IMG/VR virus record: IMGVR_UViG_3300025789_000020
Source of the DNA: a virus
Direction: 5' to 3' (one strand)
Length of the DNA stretch: 64,000 nt
The notes beneath the pieces were generated by a model that saw nothing but the letters and a program-made list of their open reading frames with translations, did not search any database and was not told the DNA's origin. Position numbers and translations under genes: made by a program. This document shows, piece by piece, positions 30,840-40,536 of the stretch. The stretch's first letter is position 1, and the number at the start of each line of letters is the position of its first letter.

Positions 30840-31559
30840 ATGTTCTTTAAAAAACAAAAACCTATTAAAATAGAGTTTTATACGCATGTTGGACAATTAA
30901 TGGAATTATTTCCACCAACATTGGCAACAGAAGCACTACCTAGCTGGTTTGAAAAGTTACCATCAAAAGCTGGTAGAAACGTCAAACATTGTGTTGGAAT
31001 AAAAGATTTATTCAGTAAAGGAATAATGATTCCATTATGGTCAGATTATACAGTTGACTTAGATTCTCGTAAAGCACCTGCTGTAAATTGTCCAGCCACA
31101 AAGCAATACCCATTATATCCACCAGCAGAAGCTCATAATTTATCAGAGCAAGCACCCGGTGCGTGGCCTGGTTATCAGAATGTTAAATTCACTAGTCCTT
31201 GGTTAGTATACACATCCGAGCCTATTAAGTGGGCATGTGTACAACCTGTGTGGAATCAACATGATCCACAACAATATACTGTAGTGCCAGGGGTTATTGA
31301 ATTTAAATATCAAAATCAACTTAGTGTTAACACATTGTGGAAAAATAGTCCAACCCCTCGTACTGAAAAATTAAAAGCTGGAGATTCAATACTACAACTA
31401 ATTCCAGTTACAGATAAGCCATTTGAGATTGAAGTAAAGTTTTTAAATCAAGAAATATTTTCACAAAAATTTACTAGATGGGAATACTCCTTTGATCTAC
31501 AATACCATAAAATAAAATCATTATTTGAAAAAAGAGAAAATAAAAAATGCAAATATTAA
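30840..31559 (+). CDS. Hypothetical beta-rich protein
   Basis: Clean ORF; KHCVG, IPLWSD, KFTSPW, LQLIP. Confidence 0.6.
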   Translation: MFFKKQKPIKIEFYTHVGQLMELFPPTLATEALPSWFEKLPSKAGRNVKHCVGIKDLFSKGIMIPLWSDYTVDLDSRKAPAVNCPATKQYPLYPPAEAHNLSEQAPGAWPGYQNVKFTSPWLVYTSEPIKWACVQPVWNQHDPQQYTVVPGVIEFKYQNQLSVNTLWKNSPTPRTEKLKAGDSILQLIPVTDKPFEIEVKFLNQEIFSQKFTRWEYSFDLQYHKIKSLFEKRENKKCKY

Positions 31560-32053
31560 CATTAGATAACAAAACGTTCTCACTGAACAATTTACCGGAT
31601 GAGGTTGACGATAGCACAAGATTTGCAGTACTTGATAATTCGAATCCTAACGATCCAGACTTTTTCTTTATGCCATTAATCTTTCTAGAAAGTTTCAATG
31701 CACCCGCAATGGTATTACGAATTGGTAACGATGAGATTGCTATGCCTATTGATTGGTCAATTGCTGTAGGAGATAGTTCGGCAGCTAGTGATATTGAAAT
31801 TCTACCTTTAACTAGTTTGAATGACAGAGGATTTGAAGCATTAATTTTTAATCCATTAAGCTCGTTTAGGGTAGAGTTTAAAAAGATCGAAATTGTAAAT
31901 TTTTATAACGATGTTAAATGGTACTTTCCAAAAATGAAAAATGGACAGTTACTAGCTAGTCCTACAAGAAACGGCGAGAAGCCAGATTGTGCATATTTTG
32001 TCAAAGAAATTAGTCGACAAAGTGAAATTATACAATTAGATAAAATATTATAA
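31547..32053 (+). CDS. Hypothetical protein
   Basis: Clean ORF in replication operon. Confidence 0.65.
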   Translation: MQILTLDNKTFSLNNLPDEVDDSTRFAVLDNSNPNDPDFFFMPLIFLESFNAPAMVLRIGNDEIAMPIDWSIAVGDSSAASDIEILPLTSLNDRGFEALIFNPLSSFRVEFKKIEIVNFYNDVKWYFPKMKNGQLLASPTRNGEKPDCAYFVKEISRQSEIIQLDKIL

Positions 32054-32062
32054 GGAATTATT

Positions 32063-32719
32063 ATGACATTAAAAATTGCCTACTTCCAACCGGTTGTTAT
32101 TGCTGTAGATCATGTGCCACCCGTTGAATTCAGTAAACTATATAATCTAGTAGAAGAACTACATAGCCATTCAGAATTAAATGATGCGTTGAATCCGTTT
32201 CTTAGTATTCGTGGCGGTCAGCAAATACAAGTTTATCCAAATAATCTAAACTTAGATGTAACTTGGTTAATCAAATGGTTGGAAACTGTCTGCGAAGGTT
32301 ACATGGAAATCATTAACCAGCAAAGCGGCACTGATGATTTAAAATTATGCAAACCTGTAATTATTAGCATTTGGACCATTAAACAAGGTCCGGGAGATTA
32401 TCAAGAAATGCACACTCATCCAGCTGGAAATTTTAGCGGGAACGTATACGTTAAGGCTCCTGATTTTGATCCAGACAGTAATGCAACTGATGGTCAAATA
32501 TTATTTAGAATGCCACAAACTCGTGACATTAACAAGTTTATAATGAATGACACTTGGAAATATACTCCAACTCCTGGAACAATGTTAATGTTTCCAAGCT
32601 ATTTGCCGCATACAGTTTATCCTTGGAACGGTACCGGCGAACGAACAGTTTTGGCATTTGATGCAAGACTAGTTCCAAAAGATGATGTGTTAGCAGAGTT
32701 TAATAATGGGCAATCTTAA
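32063..32719 (+). CDS. 2OG-Fe(II) oxygenase-like protein (TIGR02466-type)
   Basis: HTHP..FSGNVYV...FPSYLPHTV...RTVLAFD. Confidence 0.8.
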   Translation: MTLKIAYFQPVVIAVDHVPPVEFSKLYNLVEELHSHSELNDALNPFLSIRGGQQIQVYPNNLNLDVTWLIKWLETVCEGYMEIINQQSGTDDLKLCKPVIISIWTIKQGPGDYQEMHTHPAGNFSGNVYVKAPDFDPDSNATDGQILFRMPQTRDINKFIMNDTWKYTPTPGTMLMFPSYLPHTVYPWNGTGERTVLAFDARLVPKDDVLAEFNNGQS

Positions 32720-32999
32720 ACCAGGTGCAACGTACATCTATGAACGCAGTGGCGGTACAGTTTACGCACGAGAATTTGGTTCCAATCCAAGTAATCGACA
32801 AGTAGTTGGTTGGGACTATGATCCTAAAAGTCCCACCTTTACACCTGAAATTGATCCTGCAAAATCTGGTAAGGCAGAATTGGATGACCATAACGAATGG
32901 ATTAAAATAAGATTAGCAGGAAAGAGCAACCCCGCCTTGCAAAAAGCCATCGATCGTGTTAAAATGTTATATAAACTAAGCATAGAAAAATATGAGTGA
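32706..32999 (+). CDS. Hypothetical protein
   Basis: Overlap-coupled ORF. Confidence 0.6.
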   Translation: MGNLKPGATYIYERSGGTVYAREFGSNPSNRQVVGWDYDPKSPTFTPEIDPAKSGKAELDDHNEWIKIRLAGKSNPALQKAIDRVKMLYKLSIEKYE

Positions 33000-33471
33000 A
33001 AAAATAGAACTTAAAGAAAAACTTGCCGCAGTAGATCAAAATGTTCGAGAACTATGGGATGCCATGGATGCTGAACAACAAAAGGCATTGAAGCAAGAAT
33101 TCTTTATTCTCAACAGATATATCAGCAACGTGCAAGGACAAAGCAGAGACGTTCAAGAACATTTTGTTTTAGCGGTTAATGAATATTTCAACAAGCATTG
33201 GAACAGTCTACAAAAACATCCTAAGTTAATGTGGCAACTTCTATGTATGTGTAGCTACAATGGTGAGAAAGTATTTTTCCATCAATGGTTAGGAAATAAA
33301 AAGAAAACTGGTAATGCTGGTAAGAAGATTAAATTTTTAGAAGAGCTTTATCCAGATCGTAAAGATGATGAGCTAGAATTACTTGCAGAATTAAGTACTG
33401 ATAAAGATCTAAAAGAACTTGCTAGAAATTATGGCATGGACGAAGCAACTATTGCAAAAAAACTTAAATGA
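32992..33471 (+). CDS. Clamp loader small subunit (gp62-like)
   Basis: FILNRYIS...VNEY...HPKLMW.LL...HQWL..KK; replication context. Confidence 0.6.
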   Translation: MSEKIELKEKLAAVDQNVRELWDAMDAEQQKALKQEFFILNRYISNVQGQSRDVQEHFVLAVNEYFNKHWNSLQKHPKLMWQLLCMCSYNGEKVFFHQWLGNKKKTGNAGKKIKFLEELYPDRKDDELELLAELSTDKDLKELARNYGMDEATIAKKLK

Positions 33472-34163
33472 TGTCGTTAATTACTCAACCTTATGTATGT
33501 GGCTATTGCAATAAGGGTTTCATGCAGGAAAAAACTTTGTTTGTACACGTATGCGAACAAAAACGTAGAGCATTGGCTCGAACTGAGAAACATGTAGTTA
33601 TTGGGTATGATGCTTTTAATAAATTTTTTAAAAAAGCTCAGCCTCAACTTAAACAAAATAAAACTTATGAAGAATTTGCTAAAAGTCCTTACTATAACGC
33701 TTTTGTTAAGTTTGGCAGTTTTGTTAGTAATGTTAATCCTTTATATCCGGACAGATTCATTGACTGGGTTGTTGTCAGCGGCATCAAATTGGATCATTGG
33801 TGTAGAGACGAACTTTACGAAAAGTATGTTGGAGATCTTATTAGGTCCGAATCGGTAGAGACTGCATTGCAACGTAGTATTAGTCACATGATGGATTGGG
33901 CAGAAGTTAACAACGCACAATGGAATCATTATTTCTTGTACGTTAGCCTAAGTCGTGCTTGCTATGATATTAAAGATGGCAAAGTTAGCCCATGGGTAAT
34001 ATTGAATAGTAAAAATGGAAAAGACATGTTGCGAAAATTCAATGATGAACAAACTAATGCAGTATTTGGAATCATTGATCCGTCATTCTGGTCATCAAAA
34101 TTTAAGAAGATGCCTGCTGATTTAGAATTTGTCAAACAAGTTATTAAAGAGAGTAATTTATAA
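33468..34163 (+). CDS. Hypothetical protein with N-terminal zinc finger
   Basis: YVCGYCNKGF....TL..HVC. Confidence 0.65.
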   Translation: MMSLITQPYVCGYCNKGFMQEKTLFVHVCEQKRRALARTEKHVVIGYDAFNKFFKKAQPQLKQNKTYEEFAKSPYYNAFVKFGSFVSNVNPLYPDRFIDWVVVSGIKLDHWCRDELYEKYVGDLIRSESVETALQRSISHMMDWAEVNNAQWNHYFLYVSLSRACYDIKDGKVSPWVILNSKNGKDMLRKFNDEQTNAVFGIIDPSFWSSKFKKMPADLEFVKQVIKESNL

Positions 34164-34741
34164 TGCCTGATATTGATATTGATTTTGCAGATAGAAGTAT
34201 TGCTCTAGAAAAATTTAATCATGTAGTTGCTTCTATAAAAGAAGATGACACTTTTAAAAAACACAACACTGGTGTATATTGTACGTCTATCCCGTACAAT
34301 CCATTTACAAAATTAAGCACTATTGATTATAAAGAAGCAGAAGATCGAGGATATTTTAAGATCGATTTTTTAAATGTTAGCGTATATGATAAAGTACGTG
34401 ACCCAGCACACTTAAAACAATTAATGGAGACTGAACCACTATGGGATCTACTACAACAGGAGGATTTTGTAAATCTGCTCTTTCACGTGAACGGGCACGT
34501 GAGTATAACGAAATTAATGAAGCCATCGAGCGTCGAAGAGCTCGCGGCATTGATAGCGGTTATTCGCCCAGCAAAACGACACTTAATAGGAAAAGACTGG
34601 CCGACAGTACTCAGCGAGGTATGGTTGAAACCTGCGACTGACGAGTACTATTTTAAGAAAGCGCATGCTATTGCATACGCTCATGTAATTGTTGTGCAAA
34701 TGAATTTAATTTGCGAAGAGCTATCTAACCTTTCTAACTAG
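34163..34741 (+). CDS. Minimal DNA polymerase III alpha (family C) catalytic core
   Basis: MPDIDIDF, KHNTGVY, FKIDFL, LAALIAVIRP, FKKAHAIAY are DnaE motifs in the correct order in only 192 aa. Confidence 0.85.
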   Translation: MPDIDIDFADRSIALEKFNHVVASIKEDDTFKKHNTGVYCTSIPYNPFTKLSTIDYKEAEDRGYFKIDFLNVSVYDKVRDPAHLKQLMETEPLWDLLQQEDFVNLLFHVNGHVSITKLMKPSSVEELAALIAVIRPAKRHLIGKDWPTVLSEVWLKPATDEYYFKKAHAIAYAHVIVVQMNLICEELSNLSN

Positions 34742-35095
34742 TTGAACACTTTTTCGTTTAACACGCTTGAGTGTTAGATTCATTAAATTAACCACCGGTC
34801 CTAAAATTACCCTAGCATCTTTACTATTAAATGTTTTAATAGCATAGGAAAAGGGTTGTATTTCATCTCTGCAAAATATATTAATAGGAAATTGGCGGTT
34901 ACTTTCCCACCACCAAGTTTCGCCTATTTCTAAAAATATTGCAAGTTCTTCAGGAGTTTTGATTGAATTAAGATCATAGAAGCTTGTGACAAATTGATCC
35001 TGATTAATAATGATTCCTACATATTCGTTATCACCGTAGTTTAACACACTGATAAAGGGTAGATTTTGTTCTATGTTGTCTCTTAGTTTTGCCAT
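34721..35095 (-). CDS. Hypothetical protein
   Basis: Likely start MAKLRDN; WWWESNR motif. Confidence 0.6.
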   Translation of the reverse strand: MAKLRDNIEQNLPFISVLNYGDNEYVGIIINQDQFVTSFYDLNSIKTPEELAIFLEIGETWWWESNRQFPINIFCRDEIQPFSYAIKTFNSKDARVILGPVVNLMNLTLKRVKRKSVQLVRKVR

Positions 35096-35119
35096 AAATA
35101 GTATTAAAGGTCCTGCCAG

Positions 35120-35986
35120 ATGCAAAAAATTTCAAGTTATTTATATCCAAATCGAATCATACTAACAGCTGATCTGGCAGGATTTACTACGGAGTATACA
35201 AACGTGTATCAGAGACAAGTAAAAATTTATAAAGGCGTTCCTAACGTCCTAGAGTTCGACATTAAGAATGCCGATCAAAAGCGCATTGACTTAACGACCG
35301 TATCTAGTATTAGTCTTAACGTTATGGATGCCAGCGGTAAAGCACTACCTAATAGTCCATATACTGTTACACCAAATGCTCCAATTACAGGAATATGCAG
35401 TATTAGTATTCCAGCCGCAGATGTTGCAACTTTAGAGAATCAATATCTTACTTATAGTGTAACTGCTGTAATTAATAGTGTACCTACTCTAATGTATGCT
35501 GATAGCAAATTTAGTGCAACTAGCACACTAGAACTTGTTGGTTGGGCTACCCCGCATACTAGAAGCAATCAAATATTTGATACATTTACCGGAGAAATTG
35601 ACTTTGCTGGTAACGTACAAAATCATAGTTCAGCTGTGCCGGCAAAGTTTTATGAAGCAGTGCCTACAGCCAATTTAACATTTGCTGTTATTATTAGTAC
35701 AGGGTTTTTAGGCAAGGTATATTTGGAAAGCACTACTGATATGACAGTATCTGTTAACAGTTGGCTCAATGCCGCGCAAACTATAATCTTTGATAATACA
35801 TCTACTAACATTCCAACTACAGCCCAAAGTACTGTTACAGTTACAGTACCAGTTAGTAATTATAACTATTTCCGATTGACTTATGGTTGGCCATTAACTT
35901 CATCAATTTATTCAAACATGGATATTTATGGTGGATATGGCGCAACAAATGGGCCCGGAAAGGTTGTATCTTTCACTGTTTCGTAG
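35120..35986 (+). CDS. Hypothetical beta-rich protein, possibly virion structural
   Basis: TAAATA late box upstream; Thr/Ser-rich. Confidence 0.5.
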   Translation: MQKISSYLYPNRIILTADLAGFTTEYTNVYQRQVKIYKGVPNVLEFDIKNADQKRIDLTTVSSISLNVMDASGKALPNSPYTVTPNAPITGICSISIPAADVATLENQYLTYSVTAVINSVPTLMYADSKFSATSTLELVGWATPHTRSNQIFDTFTGEIDFAGNVQNHSSAVPAKFYEAVPTANLTFAVIISTGFLGKVYLESTTDMTVSVNSWLNAAQTIIFDNTSTNIPTTAQSTVTVTVPVSNYNYFRLTYGWPLTSSIYSNMDIYGGYGATNGPGKVVSFTVS

Positions 35987-35997
35987 TATAATTAGGC

Positions 35998-36966
35998 ATG
36001 GGCCTAATATCAGAAACATTACTTACACATCTACCTGGTAAACGTAAAACTACTCCAAGTGGTTGGATCAGTTTCAATGCGCCCTGTTGTGACGACAAAC
36101 GCCAGCGTGGTGGATTTATTGTCAATGGTGGAGATGCAGTAAGTTATCATTGTTTCAATTGTCAATTTAAATGTAGTTGGCAACCAGGTAGACCTCTGAG
36201 TCAAAAAATGCGTAAGTTTATGCGAGACTTAAACTTACCCGACGATCTAATCAACAAGTTGGGTCTAGAGGCGATGCGCCTTAATGAAAGCTCATCGTTT
36301 GAAGTAAAGAGTATTATACCTAAATTCGATACTCGTGCATTACCAGACGAATCAGTACTCATATCAAGTTTAGATCAAATTCCAGATAAACTTATCTCGG
36401 TGTTAGAATACCTTGCTAGTAGAAGTCTTTTCTTAGAAGATTATAAATTTTATTGGACTCCTAAAATTGGTTTTAGTAACAGACTTATCATACCTTTTTA
36501 CAAAGACAGTATTTGTGTAGGATATACGGCTCGTGCTATTAATGATTCTAAACCTAAATATCTATCAGAACAGCAACCGGGCTATGTTTTTAATCTTGAC
36601 CGTCAACAAAACAATCGCCAATTCGTGATTGTTTGTGAAGGACCGTTTGACGCGATAAGTATTGATGGATGTGCTTTACTCGGAGCAGAGATTAAGGACA
36701 GTCAAAACTGGTTGTTAAAACAACTAGGTAAAGAAATAGTGCTAGTTCCAGATAGAGATCACGAAGGTCCTAAGACAGTAGAACAAGCATTAGAATATGG
36801 CTGGTCAGTAAGCATGCCAGACTGGCCCGAAGGCATTAAAGACGTTAATGATGCTATAGTTAAACTAGGAAGACTAGCAACACTATATCTAATTACGTCA
36901 GCAAAAGAATCAAACTCGTTAAAAATACAACTACGAGCAAAGAAATGGTTTAAGGACATAACATGA
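35998..36966 (+). CDS. gp61: DNA primase (gp61/DnaG-type)
   Basis: N-terminal Zn motif (PCC...HCFNC), TOPRIM CEGPFDA and PDRD, KDVND. Confidence 0.9.
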   Translation: MGLISETLLTHLPGKRKTTPSGWISFNAPCCDDKRQRGGFIVNGGDAVSYHCFNCQFKCSWQPGRPLSQKMRKFMRDLNLPDDLINKLGLEAMRLNESSSFEVKSIIPKFDTRALPDESVLISSLDQIPDKLISVLEYLASRSLFLEDYKFYWTPKIGFSNRLIIPFYKDSICVGYTARAINDSKPKYLSEQQPGYVFNLDRQQNNRQFVIVCEGPFDAISIDGCALLGAEIKDSQNWLLKQLGKEIVLVPDRDHEGPKTVEQALEYGWSVSMPDWPEGIKDVNDAIVKLGRLATLYLITSAKESNSLKIQLRAKKWFKDIT

Positions 36967-37076
36967 AAAAACTATTAGATATACTATTAAGCCCTTGGAG
37001 AAAGTGGAAAGAAAATCGTGAATGGAAGAAACGTATTGAAGAACTACGTAAACGTGATCCATTTATTTACAAATGA
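36963..37076 (+). CDS. 37-aa basic microprotein (not in ORF track)
   Basis: AAGGA RBS; MKKLLDILLSPWRKWKENREWKKRIEELRKRDPFIYK; ATGA overlaps with both neighbours. Confidence 0.65.
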   Translation: MKKLLDILLSPWRKWKENREWKKRIEELRKRDPFIYK

Positions 37077-38017
37077 TACTCTGGGGAATAAACGCTCTTA
37101 ATCACGGTTCTAGTCTCGCCGTGTTCAAAGAGGGTAAACTAGTATTACAGACTACTAACAAAGAAGACACTCTAGAAAGTAGTCAAACTGTACAGGCTTT
37201 AAACTACGGCAGTCCAGATCGTATATTCTGGTATGAGCGTCCGTGGGTTAAGAAAGCAAGACAACTCTACGCAGGTCAATATAAGACTGCATTAGATATG
37301 TCTACATTACCAAATCGTCATCTTAAACAATTCAAATATGCAAAAATTTCTTATACTCCTCATCATGGCAGTCATGCTGCCGCTGGTTATTATACAAGTC
37401 CGTTTAATCATTGTGCGATTGTTGTGCTCGATGCAATCGGAGAATTTGAATGTGCTACCATATGGCAAGGGCTCCACGGTGAAATGAAGAAAGTGTGGAG
37501 TAGAAGTTATCCACATAGTTTGGGATTATTCTACTCAGCCTACACACAGTATGTCGGGCTAACTCCAATCAAAGACGAATACTTGCTACAGAAAATGGCT
37601 GAGCAGGGCAACAGTGATAGGTTCCTACGTTCTGTGCGCAATCATTTTGCTGAGGGTATATTAAATCTAAAAACAAACTTTCATCGCGGACTATATTGGG
37701 ATGATAATCAACTGACTAGCCTACAAGAACAATGTGATTTGGCGGCCGCAGTACAACAGGTATTCAAAGAGCAAGTATGTATGGTAATGAAGAAGGCTAA
37801 AGAATTAACTCAGGCAGATTGCCTAGTCTATATGGGCGGGTGTGCTATGAATAGTGCTACTAATCAAGCAGTAGTAGAAGACAAATTTAAATATATATGG
37901 TCATTGCCTAATCCAGGAGATCCTAGCAGTAGTATAGGTGCAGTACTATATCATACCAAACAGAGAGTATGGGATTATCGATGGGATCCTGTCAAACACA
38001 TTGAAATAAGAGTTTAA
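37073..38017 (+). CDS. Carbamoyltransferase N-terminal (Kae1-like) domain only
   Basis: MILWGI...H.SS, HHGSHAAAGYYTSPF, VLDAIGE, HSLGLFYS, GGCAMNS, PGD. Confidence 0.85.
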   Translation: MILWGINALNHGSSLAVFKEGKLVLQTTNKEDTLESSQTVQALNYGSPDRIFWYERPWVKKARQLYAGQYKTALDMSTLPNRHLKQFKYAKISYTPHHGSHAAAGYYTSPFNHCAIVVLDAIGEFECATIWQGLHGEMKKVWSRSYPHSLGLFYSAYTQYVGLTPIKDEYLLQKMAEQGNSDRFLRSVRNHFAEGILNLKTNFHRGLYWDDNQLTSLQEQCDLAAAVQQVFKEQVCMVMKKAKELTQADCLVYMGGCAMNSATNQAVVEDKFKYIWSLPNPGDPSSSIGAVLYHTKQRVWDYRWDPVKHIEIRV

Positions 38018-38035
38018 CTAGCGTATAATACAAAT

Positions 38036-39460
38036 ATGAAACAGAATACAGATTACGGTTACGACATACAAAAAGTATATTTAGAAATGATGCTAGCAGA
38101 TGCGGCAACATTTAGTAGATGCCAAGGTATCTTTGATCATACACTTTTTGATCGCAAGCTACAGACTGCGGCTGAGTTTATGAGCCAATATATCGAAGAA
38201 CATAATGTAGTGCCCACAGAAGAGATTATTAATGCCGCTACCGGTACTAATTTGAAAGTACCCCACGATCTTCGAGATGAACACTATGACTGGCTACTTA
38301 ATGATTTTGAAACATTCATTCGACATAAAGGTTTGGAAAAAGCAATCTTAGAAAGCGCCGATTTGTTAGAAAAAGGTGAATATGGTTCAGTAGAGGAAAA
38401 GATTAAACTAGCTGTACAAGTAGGTTTACAACGTGACTTAGGTACAGACTATTGGCTAGATCCTCGCGCACGTCTAATGAAGATTAAAGACAAAAACGGA
38501 CAGGTAAGTACCGGTTGGAAGAGTGTAGATGACAAGTTGTTTGGAGGATTCAACCGTGGGGAGTTGAATATCTTTGCAGGTGGATCAGGTGCAGGTAAGT
38601 CATTATTCCTTGCTAACTTGGGCATTAACTTTGCCGAGAAAGGCATGAATGTAGTTTACTTGACACTAGAACTTTCAGAAGAACTTGTGGCCATGCGTAT
38701 GGATGCAATGGTAACAGGAATGGCAACTAAGGATGTGTTTAAGAACTTAGATGATGTTGAGATGAAGGTTAAAATGGTAGGTAAGAAGTCTGGTACATAT
38801 CAGATCAAGTATATGCCTAGCGGTAAGACTACAAACGATATTCGAGCTTACTTGAAAGAATATGAAATCAAACTAGGACGCAAAGTTGACGTTCTACTAG
38901 TTGACTACCTAGACTTGTTAATGCCAATGGGTAAGAAGATTAGTGCTGAAAATCTGTTCGTCAAAGACAAGTATGTGTCAGAAGAATTGCGTAACTTGGC
39001 CATGGAAAAGAACTGTGTGTTTGTGACTGCGGCACAGTTGAATCGTGGCGCTGTAGAGGAAGTTGAGTTCGATCACAGTCATATTTCAGGCGGATTAAGT
39101 AAGATTCAGACTGCGGACAACGTGTTTGGTATCTTTACAAGTCGCGCTATGCGTGAACGTGGACGCTATCAAATTCAGCTGATGAAGACTCGTAGTTCAA
39201 GCGGTGTTGGCATGAAAATTGATTTGGAATTTAACATCGACAGTCTACGTATTACTGATTGTGAACAAGAAGATGGTTATGGTAATCACAACAGTCAATC
39301 AGCTGGTAGTAGCTTGTTAAACTCAATTAAGAATAGACAAACAGTTAATAGTGACACTGGAGAGATTGTTGCAGGACTAGGAGTACCTAAAGTTAAAGCA
39401 CAGGTAGAAAGTTCAAAGCTCAGAGAGTTACTCAACAACTTGCCCGGCGATGACATATGA
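38036..39460 (+). CDS. gp41: Replicative DnaB-like helicase (gp41-like)
   Basis: GGSGAGKS, TLELSE, VDYLDL, TAAQLNR, QLMKTR. Confidence 0.93.
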   Translation: MKQNTDYGYDIQKVYLEMMLADAATFSRCQGIFDHTLFDRKLQTAAEFMSQYIEEHNVVPTEEIINAATGTNLKVPHDLRDEHYDWLLNDFETFIRHKGLEKAILESADLLEKGEYGSVEEKIKLAVQVGLQRDLGTDYWLDPRARLMKIKDKNGQVSTGWKSVDDKLFGGFNRGELNIFAGGSGAGKSLFLANLGINFAEKGMNVVYLTLELSEELVAMRMDAMVTGMATKDVFKNLDDVEMKVKMVGKKSGTYQIKYMPSGKTTNDIRAYLKEYEIKLGRKVDVLLVDYLDLLMPMGKKISAENLFVKDKYVSEELRNLAMEKNCVFVTAAQLNRGAVEEVEFDHSHISGGLSKIQTADNVFGIFTSRAMRERGRYQIQLMKTRSSSGVGMKIDLEFNIDSLRITDCEQEDGYGNHNSQSAGSSLLNSIKNRQTVNSDTGEIVAGLGVPKVKAQVESSKLRELLNNLPGDDI

Positions 39461-40047
39461 ACCCTGAACAAATCCTGTTATTCCCCACGGTGATACATGA
39501 GCATACACTGCCTAATGATCGGCACATGCAGACCCTAAAACAGGTGATTGATGCCACGCCAGTGAAGGCTCACGGCAAAGTTGGCACTAGCAGTTACAGT
39601 GGCCGCGATAAGGGCATACTAGCTGATCCTACGGTCACGGTAATTGCTGATCGACTACAGGCCTGTGTGGACAAATGGGCCGAGACCATGGGCTGTGATG
39701 AACTGATGATTACCAACAGTTGGATCAACATACTAGGACCCGGCGATAGAATTGAACATCACCGACATGAACTTAGTGTATGCAGTGGTGTTCTGTATGT
39801 GGATGTAGATCCGGGCTCAGTGGGCTTAGACCTGCACTCGCCTCTAGAACAGTTACGTATGTTTGAACACAGTCGGACTCCTAATTTCTTCAATGCCAAT
39901 TGGATCACCACAGACTGTAGCCCATGCAGACTGATTTTATTTCCCAGTTGGTTGGCCCACAGCAGTAGACCTAATGAAACCAATCGACGAGTGAGTCTAG
40001 CCTTTAACTCAATCTACAGACACACTATTAACAAGATTTTTGACTAA
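39457..40047 (+). CDS. 2OG-Fe(II) oxygenase-like protein (TIGR02466-type)
   Basis: HRH..SVCSGVLYV...LFPSWLAH...RVSLAFN. Confidence 0.82.
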   Translation: MNPEQILLFPTVIHEHTLPNDRHMQTLKQVIDATPVKAHGKVGTSSYSGRDKGILADPTVTVIADRLQACVDKWAETMGCDELMITNSWINILGPGDRIEHHRHELSVCSGVLYVDVDPGSVGLDLHSPLEQLRMFEHSRTPNFFNANWITTDCSPCRLILFPSWLAHSSRPNETNRRVSLAFNSIYRHTINKIFD

Positions 40048-40085
40048 TTAGATAAGTACGTATATAATACTAGCCAAAGACCGCC

Positions 40086-40535
40086 ATGGAACTACACCAC
40101 ATCACAGACATCACAGATCCCCTAGTCCGATTGATCAAGGACGACCCAGTACGACCACACATACCCCTGGAACAGCGTATCAACGAAGCCGCTGAAATCC
40201 TAGTACTCAAAGCAGGAGAAGAAATCCTGGCAGCTACCTGTATGCAGTGGCTCAGTGACATACCAACTAGCGAAGAAGATCTCGTAGCCATGAGCAAAGA
40301 TCGTAAAACTGCGGTATTCTACACTATATGGAGTTATGCACCTGGAGCAGGAGCTGAACTGATCAAACAGGCAGCGGCTTGGGTACTGGGCACTAATAAA
40401 GAAGTTGAACACATTGTTACACTCAGCCCCCAGACCAAGATGGCTGAAAGATTCCACCTAAAGAACGGTGCCAGTGTACACAAGACCAACGAAACCACAG
40501 TAAACTACAAATACTACTCAAAACCCAAAGGCTAA
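40086..40535 (+). CDS. Hypothetical protein, possible GNAT-like fold
   Basis: AVFYTIWSY..GAG..LI...VTLSP....A.RFH.KNGA. Confidence 0.5.
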   Translation: MELHHITDITDPLVRLIKDDPVRPHIPLEQRINEAAEILVLKAGEEILAATCMQWLSDIPTSEEDLVAMSKDRKTAVFYTIWSYAPGAGAELIKQAAAWVLGTNKEVEHIVTLSPQTKMAERFHLKNGASVHKTNETTVNYKYYSKPKG

Positions 40536-40536
40536 C

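Noticed and set aside
18841-39460. Inteins or introns in terminase, UvsX, UvsW, primase or helicase
   Set aside because: Lengths are ordinary and motifs contiguous; no splicing signatures
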